Positions 1-12,772 of a DNA stretch of 64,000 bases are shown in pieces; position 1 is the stretch's first letter; every line of letters starts with the position of its first letter. Source of the stretch: Tubulanus polymorphus (Eukaryota; Animalia; Nemertea); assembly GCF_964204645.1 (NCBI RefSeq), contig NC_134029.1:23492950-23556949 (forward strand), read 5' to 3'. The notes beneath the pieces are model-generated. The model saw only the letters and a list, made by a program, of their open reading frames with translations, was not told the DNA's origin and did no database searches. Made by a program: the position numbers and the translations under genes.

Positions 1-1001
1 GATCTATGTTGTATGTTGACTACTCGTGGGAGTATATATTATACTGTGACACTGTGAATATGAGAACTATCGGCGACGCGGCGGTCTCGGCGTTTACGCG
101 TCGATTGATGACCGTGACTGATCTACGGCAGAAAGTGAACATCAGACAAACCGTGTGGATTACGGAAACAAATCTCTCCTGTACCAGTTGCTGTTGCGCT
201 ATTATACGTCCAGTAATTATCACCTACGCGGCTCATACAACAGCTTCACCACTCAGCTACACCGTTATCTTTCCACCATCGATACGCAGCGATATTCATA
301 TTTTTGAACCCGTTTTTGTAACTAATCTGAATACGGCCACGATCAATTTCTCATTTATTTAGAATGGCGATAAAATGATTGTCGCAATGAATGAATAACG
401 CTTTGAGTTTGTCGTATCTGTTTTTCTTTTAAATTCTAAGGAAAAATATAAGGGATTACTCGTCGGAAAAGCCAAACACGTTGCGGAAGCGAAGATAGCA
501 AAACTTATTGATTAATGGTCCGTTCATTTTGAATGGAGCCGCTAAAGATCATGGCGAGAAGGTCGAGTTGGCCTACTTACAGGAATACGTCAACTCTAGT
601 GAATAATGGCTACGTTTCCGGCGATAGGTTCACAAGTATTAATACATCTTTGTCACCGAAAAGAAATTCTTGACAAACGACTGCAAAAACTACCCACGAG
701 TACACGAAATAACCACGGCAAAAATGAGACCGGAAATAGTACAAAAGCTACCATCAGGTCGAGATGACAGGATGCTTACTGATTACTTAACATACATTTC
801 TTAGGTCGTTATATGTGAAATACCACCAAAAATACTTAAAGCATTAACAGCAAAAGGAAAACTACAATGTATTTCGATGTTAAATCATCATCAAAGTCAA
901 TGGGACCAATACAAATGTGACCTTCACAGCGAAATTAACGTTATGAAGTGTTGCATGAGTTACATTCAAAATACAGCGTTATCAAGGCCATCGAGTACAT
1001 T

Positions 1002-1191
1002 AAGGCGGGTGAAGGTCGACCTGCGACGAGATTGGCGTGCGACAATAGTCTCTGCCAGTTTCGAGAACAGTCTGTCAGTTGCGACAGTGGGTGCATTGCG
1101 TCGCGTTGCTGACAGTTGTAAGGGCACGTAGGCCGCCATTGTCGCTAGCGATGAGGCGCCGGCTGTCGAAGGCCGATCTACGCCCGGCTTT
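1002..1191. mobile_element. Short non-autonomous DNA element (MITE-like, possibly PIF/Harbinger)
   Basis: GC-rich island of about 190 bp with imperfect terminal inverted repeats. Left end is aaggcgggtgaaggtcgacctgcgac; reverse complement of the right end is aagccgggcgtagatcggccttcgac. Flanks are T/A-rich. Confidence 0.5.
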
Positions 1192-3323
1192 ACTCAATTT
1201 ATTGGCTGTATAATTCTTAAGATACGGGAGATGTTTTTACTTTTATCAATCGAAATCACTCAATCATCTTCGGCAAGAAAAAAAGAATCCGAATCATAGG
1301 CAATGAGACAATAGATAAATCCGATCATCTCTCATAACATTCTCTCTTCAAATTCAATATACTCAATGATGATGTACGCAGCCTCTGTTTGGTCTAAATA
1401 ATTCTCAAAATGCGTGTATGATTGATTACCCCGGTGAAATAACGGTGTTAATAATGAATAGATGAATTATCCTTGTCGGGCTAAACTTTTTGCTCCAAAC
1501 TGACAGAGATGACTATACGTGATTGATTGAGACGCTTGAAGTCAATTTATTCCGGTGAATTTACACAGAATGTCAGCAACGGCGCACTCGACCAAAAGTC
1601 GTCAAAATCTGTAACGCGTAAAGACATCATAATCAAAAAGCGCCATTTTTTCCAACTTCTGAGATTTAGAAAGAAATCTTCGAAATGAATGATGAGAAAT
1701 AATTCAGCGTATGAATTGAAAACAAGAAAACAAACTTTAAAGCTTATTGACGCCTTGAAAACTAACATGATGTATTATATATTGCTTGATTTTGCCGACA
1801 ATATTATAACATACGCCAATATTCACACCTAATTAATTTGGAACGCCAATATTGGTGACGTAGTTCGCATCGACTCACATACTAACCCTTAAATAACGTA
1901 TAGAATTTACTATACAGAATCCCAAAAACGTTTTCGTCAGCTAGTCGTTTATTCTTAGAAATGCATATTAGAACATAGTCGGAATGTCGAATAAACTACT
2001 AGCTCAAAGAAACATTTTCTAACTAAATAAAATTATTCCTTTGTTATTATTGTTAGATTCGCATTGTTGCGATTCCCGATTATTCACTCAAGCTTTTAGA
2101 GAAATTACCTCAATACGTTAAAAGCAGAACACAATAGTAATAATTATTGTGTGAAGTTTGCTTTAATGAAAACATATTGTTTTTTTTAGTGTCCCGGTGG
2201 AAATAGCGATGGATTTTTATGCGTGTCGAAAACGAATAAGCTGTTTATACAAAACGTTTCTTTTAGCTATAAAACGAAAATATATATCGCATGACAGATA
2301 AACCAGGCGCGTTTTGTCTCTCCGTTGAGAGCGCTTTAATGTGCTCGGTGGCTTCGAATATATTTTCGATTCCGAAACTTAATTTGCGCGTATTTGTGTA
2401 AATAATTCACATTTCGTAAAAGTTTTATGTATAACATGTCATGATGTACCACAGTATTCAAAACAAACACAAAAACAAGTATTAATCTGATTGATGCGGA
2501 CGCGTGACAGGAAACTTTTTTTCGATTTATCTGTTTATTTTGCCACGGACTGAAACAATAAATTCTCTCCTCGATACTCTGCGAATCTCTTGTTAAGTTA
2601 ACGACCTAGGTTTAACGCTTCTTTTATCCATTGCAGGGGACCTATATCTGTATAAAACAGTTATTGCTCAGCGGTTGCTAGTTTAGAATGTCGTTTTATG
2701 TGCATTTTGCACCTGGAATTAGATGTAAAATGTAAAAGCACCGGGACTAATGAGCCGTTCATATCTACTTCAAGCTCAGTGTTTTTACGGGGGCTTGACA
2801 AACTCAAAAACGAGGCGTTCTACAGATGAATTTATTGTTTAAAGTTATTACCGGTTACAGAGTCAATAATACGACCATTAATACTCATTAAACAGCTGGC
2901 ATTGCGCGGCTAAATTACACTCTCGATTTTCACGTCAATCATTGAATAAAGTCGGCCTTATACAAATAGAAAACTACATTTATTATTTGTTTTAGAAACT
3001 CTATCATCACCGCGCGCAAATTGGTAGATCGCAATAAAAATAAGTGTTATGAATAATTTGTTACCGTCGTCAATTCGATAAATGACCTTGAGACATTGGG
3101 GAAGTTAGAAATGAATTGCGCACGCGCGTGGTGTCTCCTGGCGATCCTGTCTGGAAGTGAACGGTGCTGCTAATCAAATTGACGAATTCACAGTGTTCGA
3201 TAGAAGACAACAAGGATGGATGCAGAAACTCAGACGAGAAACCTTTTGCTGGTTTTCGAAAATAAATGAAACCCCTTTTCACCAAAATAGATTAAAATCG
3301 AATTAGACACACACACATTCGTA

Positions 3324-3549
3324 ACGAAATTTATTTATCAAAAGTTCAAATAAGAAAAAACACGTGACGTTTTAGACCGTTTCATGTCGCAATCCTTCAT
3401 CCGAGGTCAAATCACGTGGTAGTATCTTGCAATGCTATGGGGTTCGAATCCCTGCCGAGGGAAAATGACCGGCGATGGTCGCTAGAGAGACTCCGAAACA
3501 TCGTGTTTTTTAATTTTTGATTTCTAACTTTTGATAACTAAATTTCGTG
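3324..3549. repeat. Inverted-repeat retroelement relic (Penelope-like pseudo-LTR ends) around a tRNA/SINE-like B-box
   Basis: acgaaatttatttatcaaaagtt...aaaaacacgtgacgtttt (3324-3373) is an imperfect inverted copy of aaacatcgtgttttt...aacttttgataactaaatttcgt (3496-3548). GGTTCGAATCCC (B-box-like) lies at about 3441-3452. Each arm carries a degenerate hammerhead-like core. Confidence 0.45.
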
Positions 3550-6500
3550 TTATGGTCTTTTTAAATTGTATATTTTTGGGTGGGGTTTACGACCTTGAAT
3601 CAGTATATGGCGGTTATTAACTCAAATAAACCATCATAAATAGAAACTAGATACATTGTTAACTAATAGATCGGTTAACAAATCATCGATTCATCATGAA
3701 AAACAGCTCACGGCGATATTCGTTCCATCGAACGAGATCAGACGGTTTTAAACATCGATTGGCCGTGTCATGAACTACCGACTGTTACATACCACTCACT
3801 ATAACACCTCTTAATAAGACCGGTAATTAACCTACACGTGCAGACTTGCCGAATTAATCCAATAGATAGATTCGGAGGTTACTAAGAAGTTCATACATTG
3901 ATGGTCGATTTAAACATTTGAGCCTGACCGGCTGTTACTGTCACAAATAATGAGAGGCCAACCGAATCTCTGGGAATAATCAAACATACATCAATCATTG
4001 TTTGCTTGTTCAGATGGCACGAATACATAACTAAGTTTACGGTTAGGGTGATTACGTAAACTTTAATTGGCATATTTGACCGACAGATAACCAGCTACTC
4101 ACCCGGCCACCAGCGGTCAGATCAGTTCCGATAAATACTGAACGCAATATCGATAATACTAAGAAATGATGTAAGTCCGTACAATAAATAGTTAATATCA
4201 GCGGTTCATCTAGTGGTCAGAGTTTTATGTGAATGTAAATATATGCGAATCATCAATGCTCGATTTCTGGAGAATCACAGCAATAGAATCTACTAACGGG
4301 TCACGGTTGCTGTCAAAATCAACTGATTATTCTATTCAAATGTCTGTTACAGTGAATCAACAGTGTTTCAAATCTGGATAAAGTGCTGAGGTTTAGGCTT
4401 ATATTTTGAAATTATCAAAGTCAACTCACGACTAGGAAACTAGAACAGCATGATCAGCCCATCTCTAAAGGAACCTCTGATATTAGTTTTGGTCCAATAA
4501 CCACACCTTACGAAGCGATGCTCGTGTATCAGCAATATACAAGGCAATATACTTGGCTAATAAAAGGATATATTCTTAAATTCTAATGTTTACGTATTTT
4601 TCTATTTCAAAAAGATCTCGATTACTCGGCGGAAAAGTAAATGAAATATAAAACACGTATCATGTGTTATGTAGGTATCATATCATTATTTAGAATCATT
4701 TCTATAAAAAAAATTCAAGATACATTTTGCCACCAAGTACACCGCGTATCATCTCCGTATTCAAATCATTCCGACAAACAACTTCATTATTTGCATTCGG
4801 AAATTGAACGCCGGGTTATTCGGATTCAAAAACGAATCCATTGAATGATAATAACATCGTTATAAGACAGACAGATGACGCCGAACAGGAGTAAAATACC
4901 GATCAGGAGTTGACACAGTTTTAGACTCCCGATTTGCGATGAGATGCTGTTCTATTCAGATGACGCGCGTCTAAAAGCTATAACTACGATTTGAAAGTAA
5001 AAAGAATGACGTTTCGTTTAAATAGTTAAAACATTCTAAATGACATCCTCCGGCAGCAGCCCAGGTAATAACATTGTCTTCATCCAATTGGGGGCTTAGA
5101 TTACGAATAGTAGCTCATTGATTCAAAGGACAACATCTTGGACTAGTCGGAGGATGGTTAAAGCCGCCAGAATGAAATGAGCTTTCTCTGAAACGGGTCA
5201 AGGACGGGATGTTACGTGTGCCGACGCTTTCGAAAAATATAAATATGATTATCACATTTAAGTCCGTTATGCAACCTACAATAGACGATAAATCAGCTTA
5301 AATTCTCGCTTGGATTTATCACTGCTTTGCGTAATTTCTCACATTAGGCCTATACGAGCCCGGTAGCAGTTCTAGAAATCAGAGGATTTCTTTCTTCCGA
5401 CGATACTGAATGAGCGCGCTTCAAGAAACAGAAAATATCATGGTCCGTACGCGTCGGCATTCGAACGAATGGTTACAATATCAAATTTGCCCAAATATAT
5501 TGTGCTATAGATGGTAAGAATCTGTGACTCAATACGTAAATAAGTTTCGGAATCCGCCACTTGATATTACGCGTCATGTTGACAACAATTTGGTCACTCC
5601 TTGACTTTCCTCTTGGGACTCGACAGGAAGACAACGAAGTGGTCGTCGATATTGAGAGGTGGTGTTCTTTTAACATGTTCCTTGTTTATGGTATAATCAT
5701 CGTCTCTTTGGTTGTATCATTACAGTATTTACCGGTCCGGAATACAAATTAGCTACAGGTCCTCGGTGTATTACAGGCCGAACAAATCACTGTTTTGTTT
5801 TTGAACTATCGTCCACTGTCGGTGAACGAGGACATTCTAGAACCAGCCACGAGTTCTTCGATCTAGTGTGAAAAGTTGATTGGATTTATCCCGAGAAGAA
5901 ATAGCAGACCTACAATATATGCATAGGTCTTTGGTTGTATAGGCAATCGTAACTTACGTAAAATATTAGTTCCTTAAGTTTAAAAGATTCTATTTTCTTG
6001 TCGGGTCTTGTTACTGCTTTTCATTACACTAAACCAACAATACTGGATGGATTTATTTACCAGATATATGCAATTTTCAAAACAGCTGCACCTAAATTCA
6101 AACATATTTCATATCTGTTAATAAAAAAACGTGAATAAATCCTGCAGGTGCAGCATTTTTTCTTCAGAAGTTGAGACGCATCTTCAATAATTTCCCGGTA
6201 AACAAGAAAAAATACACATATGTCAAAATGATATGCGGTGATGAATATTAATGCGAGTTGCTGAAAAGAAAGTTTCTGAAATGGGCCGCCTGGGAAATCC
6301 GTTTAACAGCAATTCAAACTGCGAAATCAACTGTGATCTAGTGATGTATATTGAAGCGTTTGTATCATCTAACGGTTCTTATCGACAGGGATGACGTTTG
6401 CGAAACCCACGCATTAGTAAAAATACATAAATCCAGATCATTCGTATCAGCTTTCCCCGCAAATATCCGATGATATCCGAGATATCAGAGGAATTGATAA

Positions 6501-7230
6501 AATTGATAACCATGCTACTGCTATTTCATTTTTGTCGGATATGTCTCGGAAATTGACTTTATTTCTATAGATAATCTGAGTCTGCTGGACTATCTTGAAA
6601 TCTGTGAAGCATCATTATATCATTCTATTATCAGTCACGCATGTAGTCTTTTCATTTCATAGTTTCTTGATATACCGACACGAATGTTATAGTCGTAAAA
6701 ACCATCATACAGTCTACTCGGTGCATTAGTATCGCTTATTTTCTTAGTTGATTTGTCTTGCAATCGATGGAAAGAAACTGTAGGATAACTAAATCGATGG
6801 ATGATATGAGGGACCCCGCGCCCGGTGACGTGCAGCACAACTAAAAATCAGATTTTGACAATGACTCATAAAATTGAGTCGAAATGTCAGGTTCTCTTAA
6901 AGTTTTTTTCACATTTTATCGTGGGTATTCACTTTAGGATGATTGATCTAATAAGGTTCATGACGCATCTTTTATTCGTCGTTTATTGAATTTCACATCA
7001 TGAATATGGTTAGATTTCTACTGAATCTGAGACGAAATCCGGCATCGTTGCCCCCGATGCATCCTGTATCCGCCTGTTAGGTCCTCTCTTGCCACGAGTG
7101 GAATCAACGATTGCCGCAGCAAGCCGCGGAGTCCCCCGTACAAGAAACATTGAAAATCATTCGTCGTAATGAAAATATATATTTCAAATCGGACTGTCTG
7201 CTAAATTTTGCTATAGGACTAGTATTTCTC

Positions 7231-7355
7231 CGAACCCAACAGTTCAAAATTATCCAGTTCAATAAACTAGAATCTGACTTCAGAATCAAAACATTGAAAA
7301 TGAACTTTCAACTCAGAGATAACTGAGTTAATCGCAACTGTGGAACTGGATCCAG
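7231..7355. repeat. Dispersed MITE-like repeat family (other copies at about 27686-27782 and 40520-40608)
   Basis: The motif aaaacat(t/c)gaaaatgaact...tttcaactcagag(a/t)taact...caactgtggaactgg(a/g)tccag is shared with the 27686-27782 copy. The 40520-40608 copy shares the terminal ataactgtgcgaactgggtc part. Confidence 0.6.
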
Positions 7356-7959
7356 ATATTCATTTCGGCTGTATTTGCTGGGGACATCAATCCCGAAACC
7401 GATAGCGCCCCCTATACTACGAAGCGCACTACAAAGATCAGTGTTTAACGGCGTATTTTTGCGGATGGTTTCTATGGGGATGCGGTGGTGCGGCAATGAC
7501 AGAGCGGTACTTTTGAATAAGATGCTTGTGAGATAGTCTGTAATTTACCAGTAGACGTGTTTTATCTCTGGTGGCAGCGGCTACGAACGATATCGCAATA
7601 AGAACAGCTTATCATTCGTTGTCGCGACCGACATCTTTTACCGCGAGAGTGAGAAGGATTTCGTTTCATTGTGTAACCTGTCTGTGACAGCACTGACCAG
7701 ATTGCTAGTATTTCAATCTGATTCTCTCTGACCGAAAACAAACATTCTATTATTACGTAGAATTAATTGATTTAAAAAGATAAGAATGTCGCAATCGACA
7801 GGTGGGTATATAGTAGACTTCTCGATGTAATTAACCGAGTGAAAAAATTCATTTTCTTATTTTCCGTAGACACCTACGCGTAGACAGCGAGACAACCTAG
7901 AAATAGGCGTAAAATGCTTCGCACTGATTGTGAAAACGATACATTTAGATTATACTTAC

Positions 7960-8372
7960 CGATCCAAAGAGATAATCACTAGTGAATTGATTGAGACGAA
8001 CATCGAAAGTCGTTTAGTGAATTCAGCCGTTTTACACATCGACTGACCGACGTTTCGTCCGTCCGTTAATAAGTAGTCGATCATGATCGGAGACCAGACG
8101 ACCGCCGCCGAAGAATCTGCGCATAGTAAATTCAAAAATAACAAATTCGTGCTCGTTTGTAACTCACGCAGTCGTAACGTCACCACGATCAGTACGATAT
8201 TTCCAATTCCGCAGATTGCGAAAAACAGAATATGAAATATAACGAGGAACACGATGGCGACAGTTCCACCGGCCGTTCTTTCCAGGTCCTCTACCAGATT
8301 GGACGTATTGTCCGGATAAATGAGATCCGGATAAGTAAGCTCCGGATATTCCGCCGGGGGAGTTTGATCCAT
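7960..8372 (-). CDS. Rhodopsin-like (class A) GPCR, first coding exon (N-terminus to TM3). Downstream exons were not found in the window.
   Basis: ATG at 8372 gives MDQTPPAEYPELTYPDLIYPDNTSNL..., with TM1 GIGNIVL, TM2 NLLFLNLLCAD, the C3.25 cysteine (MCK) and TM3 ISLDR. A phase-2 donor CG|GTAAGT splits the R of the DRY motif at 7960/7959. The ligand class cannot be assigned. Confidence 0.85.
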
Positions 8373-9231
8373 GGCCCCCTGCAATGTTCAAACATGAAAC
8401 AGCGAATGTGACGCCTTCGGGAGTAAATGATAGATTAACAAATTCAGGTAGTTCTAAAACAACCTCTAGCGATAGATCTTGTTGTCTAAATAGTTTCGGC
8501 GACTTGTGTTGGTCTATCGGCGTTGTTTGAATATACTCTAGTGCGTTGTTGTTTCATTGCCGGTTGCATTGTGACGACTGAACTGATCGCATGCGCTGCT
8601 GGCGACTACTATCGTTATCTGTGTCGTCATTCTTAGAAGACGATTCCCACTAAGTTATCGCGAAACCGTTAGCACAATAGTATACGTAGTAATCTAAATA
8701 TAAACATTTCTACATGCATAATTCAGCATTTTCAAACTCTACCGAATGTATCTTCTCGGAAGTCTACATTATTGCGCGAATATCTCGGTCACCATAGAGA
8801 TATTATCTAACCATCGAGCATCATAAACTAATTATCAAAAACGACGGAATTTGAGATGTAATAATCAAATTCATACGTACAATATAAATTCCACAATTCT
8901 CCGGAGATGGAACAAAAATATTTTTTCCTTTCGTGATATTGAGAGTCATAGTTAGCATGAGACCAAACAACTTACATTACAGTCAGAGTTTGGGTGTGAA
9001 AGTGTGATATTGCGAAACGAAATAAGCCCTGAACCATCCACAGGCTCCTGAATATATACTAAAGGTGGTTTTAATCCATTTGATTTTGTCAGTAACTAAG
9101 AACCAACAACCAGTCGCTTACCGGTTCAGTTTGGATGGAAATTGTTTGAACGAACCGAAAGAACCGAAGTTACCAATTATGTAATCCTTCGATTTCAACA
9201 AATTATGGTAATGCGACCGATCATCACGTCG

Positions 9232-9239
9232 TGACGTCA
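9232..9239. promoter_or_regulatory. Perfect CRE palindrome TGACGTCA between the head-to-head GPCR and GGH-like genes
   Basis: The sequence match is direct. Function is inferred from position only. Confidence 0.3.
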
Positions 9240-10320
9240 TAGTTTTTTGCCAACCAGTGTTGGATGACTAGCCTTGCTTGGTGGGTTTTTATCGGATACA
9301 ATTCGAAGCGAATCAAATTTGATTATAACCAATCATATGAATACGAAGAACAATTCCCCATTCATGATCAAAATCAAGAATTCCTAAAAAATCATTGTAG
9401 ATTTGAAATCATATCATCTATTTGCGTCATGGACTCCTCTCAAGCAATTTACGTTTTTCGATCTATTGAAATTGAAATTGAAATATATTTCACAGCACAG
9501 GTTGAATCGCATACCTCGATACCTTTTAAACGTATACGCGACCCCAACTATCTATATGCTGTCTTTGAATGATGACGTTAAAACGTCTTAACTTTCTGTC
9601 GTAAAATTTTTATTTGTGCCAATACTTCATGCGCCATCTACCCGCATAACGTATGCATAAATGCGAATTGAGCACATTAGAAAAGTATGTGACCCCCTGC
9701 AATTCACTACGTTAATTATTTCCATCATTTCTGGATTGAACATTTTGATACAAGAATAATTGTGTAAACACACAGCCGTGTAGGGGAATAATACTTCGCG
9801 GGCAGTCCGAACGTGTTTAGTTTGTCCGTCGTTTGTCGGGCAAAAAAACCTCGAGCTTTTCGCAGTGACGACGCGCTCAGTGGTAAGTTGATTTTACATT
9901 CTTCGTTTTATTCGTTATTTTACAAATCTAAACTCGATTGGAATTATCCCATAATAAACAACAAGCCCATCATAATCCTGTTAAATACGGATTTTCATAA
10001 AATTTCGATAGTAATAGCACGGTGTAGTATGTTCTTTTATATGCTTACTTCGTTATACATATTCTATCCATGCTTAATCACTTTGACCGTAATTTATACA
10101 ATCATCATGATTAGTTAATTTTGTCTAGTTCCTTTTTGTTAATATATATATATACTACCACTACATTACATGCGAAAACCTTTTTTGAAATGTTTTAACT
10201 ATAGTCAGATATTCTTATGTTAAGCTATTGTTCTTATTACAAATTCTTTGATGTCTAAAAAGTTCAAACAGGAGACTGATTTATAATTCATTATTGGACA
10301 GAAATTTCAAAGTGCCAGAA

Positions 10321-12772
10321 ATGGAAACTAAAACAGTAAATACCAGACCCATCATCGGCAAGTATAGATAACTGAATGAATGAAATGTGACCTACAGGAG
10401 ATAATGTCTTCATTTTATGATTTTTACGGTTCAATGTAAAAGTTTAGGCCATAACATCGTTATTTTGTTGATTCGTATTTCAGGTCTCCTTGTACAAGAG
10501 GCGAGCGGTGCGAATGCGGTATTCGGGGAATTCTTCATCCGAGCTGTTCATGTACGATGGATCCAACTAGGCGGTGCTATGGTTGTGCCAATATGGTAAT
10601 AATACTTAGATCATTGAAAATATTTACTTCGATCGTTTCGGAAGATGTTCAAATATTCGATACAAAATCTTCATTTCAGGCCAAATCGAGAGCGAGAATA
10701 TTACGAAGATATCATAACGAAAGTGAACGGGTAAGTATGCTAATGAAGGGCATTTGATCGATTCGAAAAGATATTTCGATGAATCTTCGATAATAGTTAG
10801 GCCATGGAATAGTTATAATGTAGATCAGATCGAATGCAAAAATGGACCCTATAATTCACAGGATCTATCTACCTGGAGGTGGAACAGACCCGCTCGATTC
10901 TTACTACGGCAGAGGAGTGAAAATACTAATGGAGCTTGTTATGAGGGTAAGGAATACTCCCTACTGATATAACCTGTACCGAGAGATATTCGTTAGTGAA
11001 TTGAAGATTTCCCTATTATGATTTTTGAAGGAGAATGACCGCGGCGTGCACATGCCTGTCTGGGCTATTTGCCTCGGACTTCAGTCTTTGCTTTGCCACA
11101 GAGTCGGTAAGATCGTCACGTTGAATGGTGTTGATGAGAAGAACCGCAACACGGCGCTCGAGCCCGCTAAAGGTTCGTTTGTAAATCTCCAGTCAGAGAA
11201 GAAAGAACCGCGATAAGCCAATCATTTTTCAGGCTCATTTTCAATGTTATATTTTAGATTTTGAGGATAGTTTTTTAAAGAAGAATATACCGAGCGATAT
11301 CTTGTCGATAATGCTGAATAATGAAATTCTACCGCATCATCACAACAACTGTATCACAACTAAGGTAAATACGATACACTGTATCATTTAGAGATATTCC
11401 TTTATTGATCATACGAGTTGCGACAACGTGCGTGGAATTTTCATTCTCCACCTTAATCGAATCATTTTAACATATCAAAAATGTCATGGCCAATATTTTT
11501 GATTTTAACAGTTTGTTTCCACGTTATGTTGCCACTGTGATTAATAAACTGTTAAAATCAAAGATGTTGGTCTTGAATTATTTGACATGTCAACTTATCC
11601 AATCATTGTATGTCTAGCGAAAAGTAATAAGCGTTAGAAAAAGTCAATTCTTGATGATGCCTTATTAAGGCTAGTAATGGGCTTAAATGAAAGGTATGAC
11701 TCCCCCAACCTGAAACACATATCAAGCGTCCATAAGCGTTTAATTGTCTAAATTGCGATGGTAAGTGGGATTGAAAAATGATGAAAACCATTCTCATCTT
11801 TTCGTTATAGACTTTTAACTCGTCGCCAGAAATGAACGAATTCTTCAAGTTAGTTTCTGTCAACACAACTCGGGACGGAACAGAATACGTGGCTACTATA
11901 GAAGGTACTGTAGATAAAAGATGATCTTTATACAATTGATATATATAGAGTGGAACGAGTCCTAATCACTCGTTATAGAATAATAGGACTCGTAATCTTA
12001 ACGGAAATCGTGTTTTTATGAGGCGAAAATCTGCCAACATGTTTTAGGTGTTTATGCGGAGTGGTCGCGAACAAATGAATTTTGGCGAAAGTAAGAATCA
12101 AACCACTTGCAGACGTAGCAAATATATCTTCCGAAATTTAATATTGAAATTATCTGATGATTTATTTTCAGCGAAAAATTACCCGATCTACGCTCTTCAG
12201 TGGCACACTGAAAAATTCAACTTTCACTGGTGCACGAAAACTACCAGTTTACTTCACACCGCCGAGACCATTCTGGTCGCGCAAGCTGCAGCAAACTTCT
12301 TTATATCGGAAGGTAAATGATCATTTCATTCACTAGACGCTGTTTTTGGTCTTCAGCAGTGGGGATTTCCATTGTAAGGTTTCTGAGAAAATCTTTTTAA
12401 ACGGATAACTTCATTTTCCTATCAATTGTTCCGAGTCGAGGGCCCAGTGTCAGATAACGTAATTTATGATTAGTTTCTTAAGGCAAGCTTTTTATTGTCA
12501 ATGCAGCGAGAAAGAATAACAACAAATTCGACAGTCTGCGAGAAGAACAGGCAGAGTTGATCGACAATTATAACATCGTTTTTGTCGGTTTACCTACGTA
12601 TGGCCTGTTCCACTATTTCTCCAGAGAGGATATGACCGACAAGGCGCATGAAGCCAGGTTACAACGTCTCGTTGATATGAGAAAACAAAAACTAAACCTG
12701 AAAAAGAAGTTAGCTGAAGAAGAACAGAGTGTGGTACTGAATGGCATTGACCACCAAAAAGTTATTATCTGA
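10321..12772 (+). CDS. GGH: Gamma-glutamyl hydrolase-like protein (peptidase C26), 344 aa. Exons: 10321-10357, 10484-10595, 10680-10730, 10862-10946, 11031-11172, 11258-11364, 11811-11904, 12172-12312, 12507-12772.
   Basis: The spliced protein contains NTRPIIGLLVQE, GGAMVVPIW, KVNGIYLPGGG, PVWAICLGLQ (catalytic Cys), YPIYALQWHTEK (catalytic His/Glu) and NFFISEARKNNNKF. All intron phases are compatible and the exons total 1035 nt. The first intron is GC-AG. Confidence 0.92.

Noticed and set aside
6-362. 118-aa ORF at the window start
   Set aside because: No recognisable family and no supporting exon structure; cannot be evaluated at the window edge.
3415-3462. Possible tRNA gene (GGTTCGAATCCC)
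   Set aside because: Only a B-box/T-arm-like motif is present and no cloverleaf can be folded. Treated as a SINE-like relic.
6062-6114. Candidate GPCR exon 2 on the minus strand (R|YEICLNLGAAVLKIAYIW) with plausible splice sites
   Set aside because: It would complete DRY but lacks the AIxxP motif, is too short to reach W4.50, and no matching TM5-TM7 exons follow. Probably chance.
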